From: an uncultured Alphaproteobacteria bacterium
GTDB lineage: Bacteria > Pseudomonadota > Alphaproteobacteria > Rhizobiales > Beijerinckiaceae
DNA: 64,000 nucleotides
Assembly: GCA_963820775.1 (NCBI GenBank)
Contig: CAWGBF010000013.1
Location: 168,258 to 232,257, forward strand
Direction of reading: 5' to 3'
The notes under the pieces were generated by a model, which saw only the letters and a list, made by a program, of their open reading frames with translations, did no database searches and had not been told where the DNA came from. The translations under genes were made by a program, and so were the position numbers. Positions 40,289 through 51,260 of the stretch are shown in pieces; position 1 is the first letter of the stretch; each line of letters starts with the position of its first letter.

Positions 40289-41779
40289 GTGATGTCCTCG
40301 TTGCTCGAAATGCGGGGGATCGTCCGCTGCTTCGGGGCGGTTCGCGCCAACGACGGCATAGACCTGGGCGTCGAAGCCGGCGAAATCCTGGGGCTGCTCG
40401 GCGAGAATGGATCGGGCAAGAGCACCCTGATGAAGGTGCTGTTCGGGATGATGGCGTCCGATTCCGGCACGATCGTTTTTCGCGGCCGCCCTCTTTCGGG
40501 CCATCGCCCGGCCGAGGCGATGGCGGCGGGCGTGGCCATGATCCACCAGCACTTCATGCTGATCGAGGCGATGACAATCGTCGAAAACGTAATGCTCGGT
40601 TGGTCGCGAGCAGGATGGGTTCTCAAGCGAGCCGAGGTCGCAGCGCGCATACGCGAGACGAGCCGGCGGTTTGGGCTCGATCTCGATCCCGACGCGGTCA
40701 TCGGGGATCTGCCGCTCGGTCGTCGCCAGCGCGTCGAAATTCTCAGAGCGCTCCTGCGCGATGCGGAACTGCTGATCCTCGACGAGCCGACCTCCAATCT
40801 GGCGCCAAGCGAGGTCGCCGAGCTCCTTACAATCCTTCGCCGGCTGCGCGCGGAAGGAAAGGGCATCGTGTTCATCAGCCACAAGCTGCCGGAGGTTCTC
40901 GAGGTCTGCGATCGGGTTGTCGTGTTGCGCGCGGGTCGAGTGACTGGAAGGGCGCCGATCGGCTCGGTGACCATGGAGCAACTCGCGGAGATGATGGTCG
41001 GGCGGGAGGTCGCCGCGCCGCCCGCTCACCGTCCTTTGACCAACGGCAAGATCCGGCTCGCGGTCGACAATCTGCGAGGTCCGGCTCTTGGCCCGCTCTC
41101 GTTTGAGGTGCGGGGAGGCGAAGTTCTCGGCGTCGCTGGCGTGGATGGCAACGGACAGATTGAACTCGTCGAGACGCTGGCGGGCCTTCGCCGCGCCGAT
41201 GGCGGCTCAATCACGCTCAAGGGGCGCGACATAACCCGCGTGTCGGTCGCGGGCCGAACGCGATCGGGAATAGCTTACATGCCGGCCGACCGAGCCTCGA
41301 CGGCGCTGGTCAAGAGCCTATCGATTCGTGAGAATCTCATGTTGCGCGACAGCGATCGCCCGCCCTATGCAAGCGGGCGGTTCCTTTCGCCCGCCGGATC
41401 GGACCGGAAGGCGCGCGAACTGATGCGCGAATACGACATAAGGGCGCCGGGGCCGTACACGCTCGCCGCGCGGCTGTCCGGCGGCAATCAGCAGAAGATC
41501 GTCGTCGCGCGCGAACTCGACAGGAAGCCCGCAGTGCTGATCGCCCATCAGGCCGCATGGGGTCTTGATCCCGGCGCGACCCGGTTCGTGATCAATCGGG
41601 TTCTTGCGTTGCGCGAGGCGGGGGCGGCGATCGTCTATGTGTCATCCGAACTCGAAGAGGTGCTCGAAGTCTCCGATCGCGTCGCGGTGATGGCGAACGG
41701 GAGTTTCGCAGGCTTCACCACCCGAGAGGGCGCAGATCTCGGGCAGATCGGCTTGTGGATGTCCGGGCGAACGGCGTGA
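40289..41779 (+). CDS. ABC transporter ATP-binding protein, two-domain sugar/nucleoside type
   Basis: GENGSGKSTL, LDEPT, LSGGNQQK, VSSELEE. Confidence 0.93.
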   Translation: MMSSLLEMRGIVRCFGAVRANDGIDLGVEAGEILGLLGENGSGKSTLMKVLFGMMASDSGTIVFRGRPLSGHRPAEAMAAGVAMIHQHFMLIEAMTIVENVMLGWSRAGWVLKRAEVAARIRETSRRFGLDLDPDAVIGDLPLGRRQRVEILRALLRDAELLILDEPTSNLAPSEVAELLTILRRLRAEGKGIVFISHKLPEVLEVCDRVVVLRAGRVTGRAPIGSVTMEQLAEMMVGREVAAPPAHRPLTNGKIRLAVDNLRGPALGPLSFEVRGGEVLGVAGVDGNGQIELVETLAGLRRADGGSITLKGRDITRVSVAGRTRSGIAYMPADRASTALVKSLSIRENLMLRDSDRPPYASGRFLSPAGSDRKARELMREYDIRAPGPYTLAARLSGGNQQKIVVARELDRKPAVLIAHQAAWGLDPGATRFVINRVLALREAGAAIVYVSSELEEVLEVSDRVAVMANGSFAGFTTREGADLGQIGLWMSGRTA

Positions 41780-42840
41780 CTGAAGCGTCTCCTTCCAGGA
41801 CGCCAACCCGGACCACGATCGGCGCTTCGTTTCGCCTGCATGTGGGCGAGGGAATCGCGCCGCGCATGGCGCTCGCAATCGCCCTCTCGCTGATCAGCGC
41901 CGCGCTTCTCGTCGGCGTCTCGGGACACAATCCGCTAACCGCATTTGCCGCAATGGCGATGGGCGCGGTCGGATCGCCGCACCAGATCGGAGTCGCGCTC
42001 AACCGGGCGACCCCGTATTTGCTTGCGGGCGGAGGCGTTGCAATTTGCTTTCGCGCAGGCGTCATCAACATCGGCGCGGAAGGCCAGATCGCGTTAGGCG
42101 GCGCAGGCGCCGCCGCCGTCGCGTTGCACTGGCCGAACAGCGCTTCCGCGCTAACGGTCGTCGCGACTTTGCTAGGCGCGGCCGCGGTCGGCGCGTTGTG
42201 GGCCGCTGTGGCGACGGCGATCCATTTGGGCCGGCGCGTGCACGAAGTCCTCGTGACCCTGCTGCTCAATTTCGTCGCCCTGTTGCTGGTGCAACAGGCC
42301 CTCAGCGGACCGCTCGGCCAGTTCGGCGCGGGCTTCCTTCAATCTCCGGCGATGCCGCCCGCGGCGACGCTCTGGCGGCTGCCGGAGCTCGGCGCGCATG
42401 TCGGCTTTCTCATCGCGCTTGTCGCTGCGGCGGCATTGTCGTTTGCGCTTTGGCGCACGCCGTTCGGCTTCGCTGTGCGCGTCATGGGAAGTTCGCGCCG
42501 CGCCGCCGCTTACGCTGGCTTCTCAGTTCCGCGCATCACTTGGGGGGTCATGCTTCTGGCTGGCGCGTTGGCGGGATTGGCGGGCGGCGTCGAAGTGCTC
42601 GGCGTCCATCACCGCCTTATCGAAGGCTTCTCGCTCGGCTTCGGCTTCAAGGCCGTAACCGTCGCATTGCTCGGAGCTCTCGAGCCTCTCGCGGTCGTGC
42701 CGGCTGCGATCTTCGTCGGCATGCTGGAAGCAGGCTCTCTCTCGATGCAGCGTCAGATTGGCGTTCCCTCGGCGCTCATCTTCGTGATCGAAGGCGTCAC
42801 AATGCTGTTTGTCCTCGCGGCGACGGTGCGCCGAGCGTGA
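41755..42840 (+). CDS. Nucleoside-type ABC permease
   Basis: FRAGVINIGAEGQ, HEVLVTLLLN, GALAGLAG. Confidence 0.9.
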   Translation: MDVRANGVTEASPSRTPTRTTIGASFRLHVGEGIAPRMALAIALSLISAALLVGVSGHNPLTAFAAMAMGAVGSPHQIGVALNRATPYLLAGGGVAICFRAGVINIGAEGQIALGGAGAAAVALHWPNSASALTVVATLLGAAAVGALWAAVATAIHLGRRVHEVLVTLLLNFVALLLVQQALSGPLGQFGAGFLQSPAMPPAATLWRLPELGAHVGFLIALVAAAALSFALWRTPFGFAVRVMGSSRRAAAYAGFSVPRITWGVMLLAGALAGLAGGVEVLGVHHRLIEGFSLGFGFKAVTVALLGALEPLAVVPAAIFVGMLEAGSLSMQRQIGVPSALIFVIEGVTMLFVLAATVRRA

Positions 42841-43751
42841 TTGACTTTCTCGCCGCCGCCATCCGGATCGCAACGCCGCTGCTGCTTGCGGCGCTGGGCG
42901 GCATCCTTTCCGAGCGCGCGGGTGTGTTCGCGGTCGGCCTCGAGGGCATGATGCTGATGGGCGCGTTTTCAGCCGTCGTCGGGGCCTGGGCGAGCGGAAG
43001 TTCTCTAGTCGGGGTGGGCCTTGCGCTTGCCGGCGGCGCCGCGATCGGACTCGTCGTCGCGATCGTGACGGTGAGGCATCGCGCGGACAACATGGTCACG
43101 GGCCTAACGGCCAATATCGTGGCGGTAGGTCTGACAAGCTACCTTCTCCGCGTGCTCTCGGGCTCAGGTCGGCCAATCGCGATCCATCTGACTCCGTTGC
43201 CGCCCTGGCCGATCCCAGGCCTGGCCGACCTCCCCATGATAGGCCCGTTGCTGTTCGTCCTACCGGCGTTGACCTATTTGGCGTTTCTCGGCTGCATCGC
43301 CCTCGACGTTTTCCTGCGTCGCACGCAAGCGGGCCTGACTTTACGCGCGACCGGCGAAAATCCCGAGGCGGTCTTCGCCTCGGGCGTCGAGCCCATGCGG
43401 GTGCGTATCATCGCCGTCGTCGCCTGCGGCGCCGTAGCCGGCCTCGGCGGAGCCGTGCTGTCCCTTCAACAGGTCGGAACCTTTACCGACGGCATGATCG
43501 GAGGCAGAGGCTATCTTGCGCTAGCGTCGCTGATCGTGGCGCGCTGGAACCCGCTTGGGGCCGCGCTGGCATGCCTCGTCTTCGGCGCCGCGGAGGCCTT
43601 CGAATTGCGGCTGCAAAGCTTCAACATCCCCGTCAGTTCCTATGTCGTGCAGATGGCGCCTTACCTGATCGCGCTCGCCGTGCTCGCAGGACTGGGCCGC
43701 GCGTCGAGAATGCCGGCGTCCATCGGACAGCCGCTGTCCTGGGACCGGTGA
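42837..43751 (+). CDS. Nucleoside-type ABC permease
   Basis: ERAGVFAVGLEGMML, LRATGENP, GRGYLALA; GTG start overlaps the upstream TGA. Confidence 0.9.
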   Translation: MIDFLAAAIRIATPLLLAALGGILSERAGVFAVGLEGMMLMGAFSAVVGAWASGSSLVGVGLALAGGAAIGLVVAIVTVRHRADNMVTGLTANIVAVGLTSYLLRVLSGSGRPIAIHLTPLPPWPIPGLADLPMIGPLLFVLPALTYLAFLGCIALDVFLRRTQAGLTLRATGENPEAVFASGVEPMRVRIIAVVACGAVAGLGGAVLSLQQVGTFTDGMIGGRGYLALASLIVARWNPLGAALACLVFGAAEAFELRLQSFNIPVSSYVVQMAPYLIALAVLAGLGRASRMPASIGQPLSWDR

Positions 43752-43799
43752 GCGCCGAAACCTTCGAGGGGCGGATTGCGCTCGAGCGATGATGGGAGC

Positions 43800-44556
43800 T
43801 TATTCCGGCGACAGGCGCGCGCTAAAGTTGACGCGTTGCGGGAGCGCCAACCAGCTTTTCATGGCGTCTTCATCGGAGAAGCGACCACCGCTCGGTAGTG
43901 GACGCGCTTCCCCCTCGACTACGAGTTCACTCGAGCGGAAGTGCCAGGGAGAAATGACGAAATCGAATGAACGCTGAGGGCGCTCCGCGAACTCGAATGG
44001 TTAGAGCGTTCCCGTCTCGATCGGGCGCCTCCAAATTGAGAGGCGTCTTCAGTTCGCCGCATAGCGCCAAAGATAGAGTGTCGGAGAAAGCCAGAAGTCC
44101 CGTCTCTGTCTCCAACTCGGCAGCTTCCAATCCGAGCGCTCGCGACCAGACCGTCTCCATTGGCGCTTGAGCATTCAAATAATTTTGCGCTGCCGCGGCG
44201 TCTGCCTCGCTCACGCGATGACGATCCGTGTAGCGGCGGTAAATGACCCCGCCGTGGCGCGAAATAAGGAGGGCGACGTGGGTTCCCCATGCTCCGACCG
44301 CGCGCTGCACGCCACGCGTCCACATCGGCGCATGAGCCGATGCGCCGATTTCGCGAAAGAGATGCGGCCGCCCGGTTTCCGTGTTGAATGTAGGCTCGGC
44401 TTCCCAGTCGATCCAACCGATGTCGTGCTGCTCCGCCGCCAACAGAAGCGTCTCAGACAGGTTTCCATCCCAAGCACGCAATATCTGGCCCGAGATCCAA
44501 GCGTGGGTCAGTTGGCTGATGGCGAGAGCGCCGGATGGTTGGTCACGAAACAGCAT
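43800..44556 (-). CDS. DUF3891-family protein, with a +1 indel near 43986
   Basis: ISQLTHAWISGQ, AEQHDIGWIDWE. Removing one G continues the frame as ERPQRSFDFVISPWHF... to TAA at 43800. Confidence 0.72.
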
Positions 44557-44627
44557 CAGGGCAAGCTATCTGGCATGGGCGAATTTCGAAAGAAGAAGGC
44601 AGCGGACTTTCTACAAGCACGGGCACC

Positions 44628-45119
44628 TTACGCCTCGATAACGACTTCATGCGGCAGATCGACGAATTGCTCATCAGCCGCCGTTCCGTCGACAAAGGTC
44701 AAGACCGCGAAGCGCCCCGTGCGCTCCAGCGCCGACAGCGGATGGTGCCAAGTGTCCGCACGATAATTTATGCCCGTGTCGCCGGGCATCCTAAAAGCGC
44801 GAAGCTTGCCGAGGTCAGGCATTTCGTCAGCGCCGTGCGGCGCAACGAGCACGAGATAACTCGCGCAATCGACCGGAACGAAGGCCTGCGACGAATGGAC
44901 GTGCCGCTCCATCTGGACTGCCGCAAGCGGGAGCGTCTTCGGCGCGACGGTCGTCATCGAGAGCCGCACCCGCGCGGAAGGCCGATTGTTCTGCAACTCT
45001 TCGAGGAGCTCCTGCCGTCCGTGCCCTGGCGCCTGGGGCGGAATAAGTTGGCCGAAAGGCATGAACGACGCCGCGTCAATAGGCTGGATTTTGAGACGCA
45101 TCACGAGGCGGTCTCGCAA
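44628..45119 (-). CDS. Ureidoglycolate lyase/hydrolase (AllA family)
   Basis: FMPFGQLI, MERHVHSSQAFVP, GINYRADTWHHPL. Confidence 0.88.
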   Translation of the reverse strand: MRDRLVMRLKIQPIDAASFMPFGQLIPPQAPGHGRQELLEELQNNRPSARVRLSMTTVAPKTLPLAAVQMERHVHSSQAFVPVDCASYLVLVAPHGADEMPDLGKLRAFRMPGDTGINYRADTWHHPLSALERTGRFAVLTFVDGTAADEQFVDLPHEVVIEA

Positions 45120-45350
45120 GGATGTTCCTTAAGCCAATGCCGGGCGATGTCCTCGCGCTTGCAAATCCAGACGTCCGTTTTGCCGGACGCGTAGTCGGGG
45201 AAGCGCGCGAGGCCCGACGCTCTGCCCGGATGGCCGAGAAGGCGCATATGCATGCCGACGTTCATCATCTTGGGCCTCTCCCTGCCTTCTTCGTACAGAA
45301 GATCGAACGCCTCGCACAAGATCGCGAAGAAATCTTCGCCGGCGTGGTGG
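45101..45350 (-). pseudogene. C-terminal remnant of PuuE-like allantoinase / polysaccharide deacetylase
   Basis: GEDFFAILCEAFDLLYEEG..PKMMNVGMHMRLLGHPGR...VWICKREDIARHW; the N-terminal part is absent. Confidence 0.75.
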
Positions 45351-45673
45351 CGCCGCGTGTTCGGCATCACTCTGCCTTTGGGACGGCCGGCCCCCACAAG
45401 ATCGAATGGGTTTTCGGATCGACAATCCGCACCACCGTTTTTGGCGGCATGCTCATTTAGGAGATGAACGAGCTCCGTGCATTGAACTCGATGCTGGCCC
45501 GTCTCGGGGTCGGTCCGTTCCCGCACGGCTCTCGCCTGCAAATTGAGCTCCTGGCCGTCGCGCCGCACGATTCGTGGTCAACCGCCGCCGCCTTAGCCTG
45601 CACGCTGCAGTGGGAAATCCCTGAAATCGCAAGGAATCGCTTTCGCTCCAAACTGGCACGCATATTGCGCCGA

Positions 45674-45701
45674 GTATTACGCAATCGTGTTTTCGTAATA
45701 T
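45674..45701. promoter_or_regulatory. Candidate NikR-type operator GTATTA-N16-TAATAT
   Basis: Palindrome TATTACG...CGTAATA ending 18 nt upstream of the operon start; same spacing as the E. coli NikR operator GTATGA-N16-TCATAC; the operon encodes a NikR-like protein. Confidence 0.68.
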
Positions 45702-45719
45702 TAGCAATCGAAGAGCGTC

Positions 45720-46709
45720 ATGCATCGCAATCTGCGTCTCGGTTTCACCTTCGGGCTAATTCTGTCCGGCGTTTTGGCGGTCTCAAAGCCAGCATCGGCC
45801 GCGGGGTTGACGATCGGCTACAGCGATTGGCCGGGATGGGTCGCCTGGCAAGTCGCCATCGACAAAGGCTGGCTCAAGCAGGCCGGCATTGATGCGACGT
45901 TTCAATGGTTCGACTATTCGGCGTCAATGGACGCCTACTCCGCCGGTAAAATCGACGCGGATTTGGTCACCAACGGGGATGGACTTGTCACCGGCGCCGG
46001 CGGCGCCAAGGGCATCATGGTCATGTTGACCGACTATTCCAACGGCAACGACATGATCGTCGGCAAGCCCGGCGTTAAGACCATCAAAGATCTCAAGGGT
46101 AAAAAGGTCGGCGTCGAAACCGGTCTGGTTGAGCATCTCTTGCTGCTCAACGGCCTCAAGGACGCCGGCATGAGCGAACAAGACGTCACGTTGGTGAATG
46201 CAAAGACCAACGAGACGCCGCAAGTGCTGGCCTCAGGTCAGGTCGACGCCATCGGGGCATGGCAGCCTGTTTCGGGAAGCGCGATGAAGGCGCTGCCCGG
46301 TTCGCGGCCAATCTACACTTCGGCTCAGGCCCCCGGACTGATCTACGACGTCCTCTACGCCAGCCCGGCGAGCCTGAGCGCCCATCGCGCCGACTACATG
46401 AAGCTGGCCAAAGTGTGGGATCGCGTCGTTTCCTATATCAACGATCCCAAAACCCAGGACGACGCCGTCAAGATCATGTCGGCGCGGGTCGGGCTGACGC
46501 CAGCCGCCTACAAGCCATTGCTCAAGGGCACCCATCTCATAGGTCTGGCGGAAGGCAAGAAGACCTATGGGAAGGGCGATGGGCTGGCCTCGCTCTATGG
46601 CTCGTCCAAAATCGCCGACGACTTCAACGTGAAGAATGGGGTCTACAAGGCCGCCCAGGACATTGATGCCGCCATCGATCCGTCCGTGACGAACGACGCC
46701 CTGAAATAG
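45720..46709 (+). CDS. ABC substrate-binding protein (urea-carboxylase-region / NMT1-like)
   Basis: Signal peptide; GYSDWPGW, DYSNGNDMI, WQPVS. Confidence 0.88.
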   Translation: MHRNLRLGFTFGLILSGVLAVSKPASAAGLTIGYSDWPGWVAWQVAIDKGWLKQAGIDATFQWFDYSASMDAYSAGKIDADLVTNGDGLVTGAGGAKGIMVMLTDYSNGNDMIVGKPGVKTIKDLKGKKVGVETGLVEHLLLLNGLKDAGMSEQDVTLVNAKTNETPQVLASGQVDAIGAWQPVSGSAMKALPGSRPIYTSAQAPGLIYDVLYASPASLSAHRADYMKLAKVWDRVVSYINDPKTQDDAVKIMSARVGLTPAAYKPLLKGTHLIGLAEGKKTYGKGDGLASLYGSSKIADDFNVKNGVYKAAQDIDAAIDPSVTNDALK

Positions 46710-46735
46710 CGCGATCGGGACCGGCGTAATTCACG

Positions 46736-47695
46736 ATGAAACTGTTTCAACTTCACGTGGCGCTGGCGCCACGCGCGAAGTTCCTGATCGGCGTCTTGTC
46801 CTTCGTGCTGCCGATCGCACTTTGGTGCATCGTGAGTTACGTCCCCGCCGTCTGGCATCCGCAAATGCTAATTACCGATCCCGGCTCCACCGACTATCTG
46901 CAGATCGGCATGCGCATGGACCGCGCGGCTTTTGACAGCGAGGTCGCGGCCGCCAAGGCCGAGGGCCGGGCGCCGCCTGCCGGCGTTCGATCGAATCCGA
47001 TCTATTTGCCTTCGCCCGGCGAAGTCGCAGCCGCGTTCTACCAGTCCTTCACGACGCCGCCGCCAACCCAGGACGGCGAGTGGCTGCATCAAAGCCTCTG
47101 GCACAGCATTCAGATCATTTTCTGGGGCTTCCTGATCTCGTCCATCATCGGCGTGCCGCTCGGAATTCTTTGCGGCGCCTACGCCGCCGTCTCCAGGCTG
47201 TTCGAGCCTTTCGTCGAGTTTTTCCGCTATCTGCCCGCGCCGGCGTTCGGCGCGTTGGCTGTCGCCATCTTGGGCATCTACGATGGGCCGAAAATCACGA
47301 TCATCGTCATCGGCACGCTGTTCCAGCAGATTCTCATCATCGCGAACACGACCCGCAAACTGGACGGCGCGCTGGTTGAAGCCGCCCTCACCCTCGGCGC
47401 CAAGAATTCACAGCTCCTCAGGCGCGTCGTGCTGCCCGGAATTCTGCCTGATCTCTATCGCGATCAGCGCATTCTGCTTGGCTGGGCCTGGACCTATCTG
47501 ATCGTCGCCGAATTGATCGGCACCACAAGCGGCATCACCTGGTTCATCACGCAACAGGCCCGCTACCAGCATTTCCCCAACGTCTATGCGGCGATCACGA
47601 TGATCGGCATCCTCGGCCTGGGCACGGACATGATCCTGGCGCTGCTCAGCCGCCGTTTATTCCCGTGGGACCGGTCTCTTGCAAAATCCAATTGA
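46736..47695 (+). CDS. ABC permease
   Basis: [29 protein letters not shown]. Confidence 0.9.
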   Translation: MKLFQLHVALAPRAKFLIGVLSFVLPIALWCIVSYVPAVWHPQMLITDPGSTDYLQIGMRMDRAAFDSEVAAAKAEGRAPPAGVRSNPIYLPSPGEVAAAFYQSFTTPPPTQDGEWLHQSLWHSIQIIFWGFLISSIIGVPLGILCGAYAAVSRLFEPFVEFFRYLPAPAFGALAVAILGIYDGPKITIIVIGTLFQQILIIANTTRKLDGALVEAALTLGAKNSQLLRRVVLPGILPDLYRDQRILLGWAWTYLIVAELIGTTSGITWFITQQARYQHFPNVYAAITMIGILGLGTDMILALLSRRLFPWDRSLAKSN

Positions 47696-48623
47696 AGGGC
47701 TGGCGAGGACTCCGTCCAGTTCTGAGGCCGGTCTTTTGCCGTCCTATCTGGATCAGTCGGACGATGTGCGCGAGCGCTTCGACCGTATGAAGGCGCGCGA
47801 TGTCATTCTGAAAGTCGAGCGTCTGGGCAAGACGTTCCAGTCGGCGGCCGGCGCAACGTTGGCGCTCGACGACATCAACTTTTCGACGCATCGGCGCGAA
47901 TTTCAGTGCGTAGTCGGGCCGTCAGGCTGCGGCAAGTCCACCCTTATTCGGATTCTGGCCGGCCTTGAAGAAAAAACCTGCGGCCAAGTCCTGCTGCAGG
48001 GCAAGCCTGTCTCCGGACCCGGCCGCGATCGCGGCATGGTCTTTCAAGGCTATACGCTGTTTCCCTGGCTGACGGTCAAGAAGAACGTGATGTTCGGGCT
48101 GGAAGTCAACGGCGCCGGCGGTCACCAGGCCGAGCGCGAAGCGCTGCAATGGCTGCAACTCGTCGGTCTCGAGAAATTCGCCGACGCCTACCCGCACCAG
48201 CTGTCCGGCGGCATGAAACAGCGCGTCGCGATCGTCCGCGCGCTCGCCAATCAGCCGCGCATTCTTTTGATGGATGAGCCGTTCGGCGCGCTCGACGCAC
48301 AGACGCGCGCACGCATGCAAGCTCATCTTCTGGAGATATGGAAGAAGATCGACATCACCATCATCTTCATCACCCATGACCTCGACGAGGCGATATTTCT
48401 CGGCGACCGCATTCTGGTTCTGTCTCCCCATCCCGGCCGCGTGCAGGAACTGATCGAAGTGCCGGTCCCGCGGCCGCGCACGCCGATGCAATGCATCTTG
48501 CCGGAATTTCTCGCCGCCAAGGCCCGGCTGGAAGAACTCATCCATCAATCGACGGCGCATGACGAGCTTGAAACTTATCCGGCCGTCGTCCGCCTCACGA
48601 ACGTTGCCGACGATGTCGAATAG
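47679..48623 (+). CDS. ABC ATP-binding protein
   Basis: [27 protein letters not shown]; start uncertain. Confidence 0.92.
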   Translation: MQNPIEGLARTPSSSEAGLLPSYLDQSDDVRERFDRMKARDVILKVERLGKTFQSAAGATLALDDINFSTHRREFQCVVGPSGCGKSTLIRILAGLEEKTCGQVLLQGKPVSGPGRDRGMVFQGYTLFPWLTVKKNVMFGLEVNGAGGHQAEREALQWLQLVGLEKFADAYPHQLSGGMKQRVAIVRALANQPRILLMDEPFGALDAQTRARMQAHLLEIWKKIDITIIFITHDLDEAIFLGDRILVLSPHPGRVQELIEVPVPRPRTPMQCILPEFLAAKARLEELIHQSTAHDELETYPAVVRLTNVADDVE

Positions 48624-48632
48624 GCGTCCGCG

Positions 48633-49403
48633 ATGATGTGGTCCGAGCGCAGCTGGGTCGAACTCCCGCACGATCTGGAAAGGGTCGGGCGCGCCGCGAT
48701 CCTGCCCGTCGGCGCGACCGAGCAGCATGGCCCGCATCTGGGCGCGGGCGTCGACGCCGTTCTGGCCGATCGCCTGTGCGCGGAGGCGTCGAAACGCACC
48801 CAGGTGCCGATGCTGCCGACGCTGCCTTACGGCTGCTCGCTCGGGCATAGCCGGCGCTGGGCGGGCGCGCTCGCCGTGCAGCCGGTCACGCTAATCCACT
48901 TCGTCAAGGACATCGGCGAGTGGGCGTATCACAGCGGCGTGCGCCGGCTGTTCATCGTCAACACCCATGTCACCAATGCCGCGCCGTTGCGTTGCGCGCT
49001 TGAAATGCTGCGCAGCGAGCTCGACGACCTGATGGTCGCGCTCATCGATTCTGCAACGGTCAGCGCGCGCGTGCGCGCCGTCCATTTTTCCGACGCCGAG
49101 GATTGGCACGCCAATGACGCCGAAACTTCCCTGATGCTGGAGGTCGCGCCCGAACTCGTGCGCAAGACGCTTGTCACCGCCGCCGACGATCCGGATCGCA
49201 CGACCGGGCTGGTGTTCGCGCATCCCATCAATCGCACCAGCAGCAACGGCGTGACGGGAGCGCCGAGCCGGGCAAGCGCGGACAAGGGTCGGCTCTGGTT
49301 CTCCTGGATGGTGGACGACCTGTGCGCGCAGATCCGCCTGGGCTTGGTGGAAACGCCCCCGCTCGATCATTCCTACTTCGGCAAAGCCGATCAGTCCGAA
49401 TAG
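48633..49403 (+). CDS. Creatininase-family amidohydrolase
   Basis: [33 protein letters not shown]. Confidence 0.88.
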   Translation: MMWSERSWVELPHDLERVGRAAILPVGATEQHGPHLGAGVDAVLADRLCAEASKRTQVPMLPTLPYGCSLGHSRRWAGALAVQPVTLIHFVKDIGEWAYHSGVRRLFIVNTHVTNAAPLRCALEMLRSELDDLMVALIDSATVSARVRAVHFSDAEDWHANDAETSLMLEVAPELVRKTLVTAADDPDRTTGLVFAHPINRTSSNGVTGAPSRASADKGRLWFSWMVDDLCAQIRLGLVETPPLDHSYFGKADQSE

Positions 49404-49414
49404 GGCACAGACCG

Positions 49415-50776
49415 ATGTACACAAAAGAAAAAATATTCGAGATTGAGCAAAAGTTGCGCGCTCGCGGAATCAAATATTGCATCGGCGCCTATGTCGACAT
49501 CCATGGCGCGCCGAAGGCGAAAGTCGTGCCGCTCTCGCATCTCTCACACATGGCCCACGGTTCGGAGCGCTTTACCGGCTATGCGCTGGACGGCCTCGGC
49601 CAGGCGCCGAACGACGACGAAATCACCTCGCTCCCCGATCTCGATCACATCATTCAATTGCCGTGGGAGCCGAAAGTCGCCTGGCTGCCCGCCGACAATA
49701 TGTTTCAGGGCAAGCCCTATCCCCTAAACACGCGCGTCGCGCTCAAGAATGTCTTGGCGCGGGCCGGGGAACTGGGTTTCGGGTTCAATCTTGGTATTGA
49801 ATGCGAGGTCTATGTTCTCCGGCAGGGCGCCGACGGCGCGCTGTTGGTTCCCAATCCGGATGATAAGCTCGTCAAGCCTTGCTACGACGTGCGTTGCTTT
49901 CTCGACAACTTTACCTGGCTCGACAAGGTGGCGAGCTGCATCAATGATCTCGGCTGGGACCTGCATTCCTTCGATCATGAGGATGCGAACGGCCAATATG
50001 AATTCGACTTCAGTTATGCCGATGCGCTCACAATGTGCGACCGCTTCATTTTCTTCCGCTATATGGCCAAGCATTATGCGCGCGAACAAGGGCTGCTGGC
50101 GACGATCATGCCCAAGCCTTTTGCCGACAAAACCGGCACTGGCGCGCATTTCAACATGTCGCTTTATGATCTCAAGAGCGGCGCAAATATGTTCGCCCGG
50201 TCAGCGTCCGACGATCCGCGCGGCATCGGGCTGACTGAGACCGGCTATCACTTCATCGGCGGCGTGCTGAAGCATGGCCGCGCGCTTTGCGCCGCGTTCG
50301 CGCCCACCGTCAACAGTTACAAGCGTTTGGTGCGCCGGGGCGCGATGAGTTACTTTTCCTGGGCGCCGGTCTTCAATTCCTATGGTTCGAACAATCGCAC
50401 GAATTCGATGCGGGTTCCGGCCGGCGGCGGGCGTTGCGAGTCCCGCAACGCCGACGGCGCCGTCAATCCTTACCTGGCGGCTGCGCTTGTGCTGGCGGCC
50501 GGTCTCGACGGCGTCAAAAACAAGATCGATCCCGGCAGACCCAACGACGACAAGCTCTATGAAATGACCGATGCGGAGCGTCTCGATCGCGGGATCGAGT
50601 TCCTACCGCAGACGCTTCAAGAAGCCGTCGCGGCCTTTGCCGCCGATCCTTTGATCGAAGCAACGTTGGGTAAGGAGCTCCGCGACGAATTCATCAAGTA
50701 CAAAACGATCGAATGGGAATCCTATCATTTGTCTGTCAGCAAATGGGAGATCGAACACTATAGCCATCTCTTTTAG
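49415..50776 (+). CDS. Type III glutamine synthetase-like (GlnT) gamma-glutamyl ligase
   Basis: [40 protein letters not shown]. Confidence 0.88.
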   Translation: MYTKEKIFEIEQKLRARGIKYCIGAYVDIHGAPKAKVVPLSHLSHMAHGSERFTGYALDGLGQAPNDDEITSLPDLDHIIQLPWEPKVAWLPADNMFQGKPYPLNTRVALKNVLARAGELGFGFNLGIECEVYVLRQGADGALLVPNPDDKLVKPCYDVRCFLDNFTWLDKVASCINDLGWDLHSFDHEDANGQYEFDFSYADALTMCDRFIFFRYMAKHYAREQGLLATIMPKPFADKTGTGAHFNMSLYDLKSGANMFARSASDDPRGIGLTETGYHFIGGVLKHGRALCAAFAPTVNSYKRLVRRGAMSYFSWAPVFNSYGSNNRTNSMRVPAGGGRCESRNADGAVNPYLAAALVLAAGLDGVKNKIDPGRPNDDKLYEMTDAERLDRGIEFLPQTLQEAVAAFAADPLIEATLGKELRDEFIKYKTIEWESYHLSVSKWEIEHYSHLF

Positions 50777-50791
50777 ATCGGGAAGGAAACG

Positions 50792-51259
50792 ATGAGCGCC
50801 CACATACGGGGGAACAACAAACCTGTTTCGAGAATCAGTATGTCTCTGCCGGAGACTTTGTTGTGCGATCTCGACCGCATGGTGGAGGAGCGTGGTTTTG
50901 ACAGCCGCTCGCAAGCGATCGCGGACATGCTCTATCAGTCGCTGGTGGAACACAAAAGCGATGTCGGCCAAGATGTCATGGTCGGCGTCGTCACGCTGTT
51001 TTACGACAATTCGGTCGCAGGCCTTCAGAAGCAGCTTGCCGATCTGCAATTTCGCCATATCGCCGAAGTCATCAGTTCGCTGCACGTCCATTTGATGCAC
51101 AATCAGACAATGGAGGTGATCCTGGTGCAGGGCCCGGCGCAAAAGCTCCGCGTGATCGCCGACGAAATGACATCGCGTCGCGGCGTCATTTCCGGGAAAA
51201 TGCATCTGATCGCGGCCCTTATTCCCCAACTTCATCCCTTCCGCCAGGAAAGAGACTAG
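50792..51259 (+). CDS. NikR-like ribbon-helix-helix regulator with degenerate Ni site
   Basis: RISMSLPETLL..LD.MVEERGF.SRSQAI RHH; SSLHVHL kept, but QF replaces QH and TMEV replaces CLE. Confidence 0.85.
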   Translation: MSAHIRGNNKPVSRISMSLPETLLCDLDRMVEERGFDSRSQAIADMLYQSLVEHKSDVGQDVMVGVVTLFYDNSVAGLQKQLADLQFRHIAEVISSLHVHLMHNQTMEVILVQGPAQKLRVIADEMTSRRGVISGKMHLIAALIPQLHPFRQERD

Positions 51260-51260
51260 G

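Noticed and set aside
45350-45720. Guanidine riboswitch upstream of the carboxylase operon
   Set aside because: No guanidine-I consensus tail or twin ACGR hairpins recognised by eye; an Infernal scan would be decisive.
49415-50776. Canonical GmaS or GlnA assignment
   Set aside because: The N-terminus ([13 protein letters not shown]) differs from what I recall for both, so only a family-level call is made.
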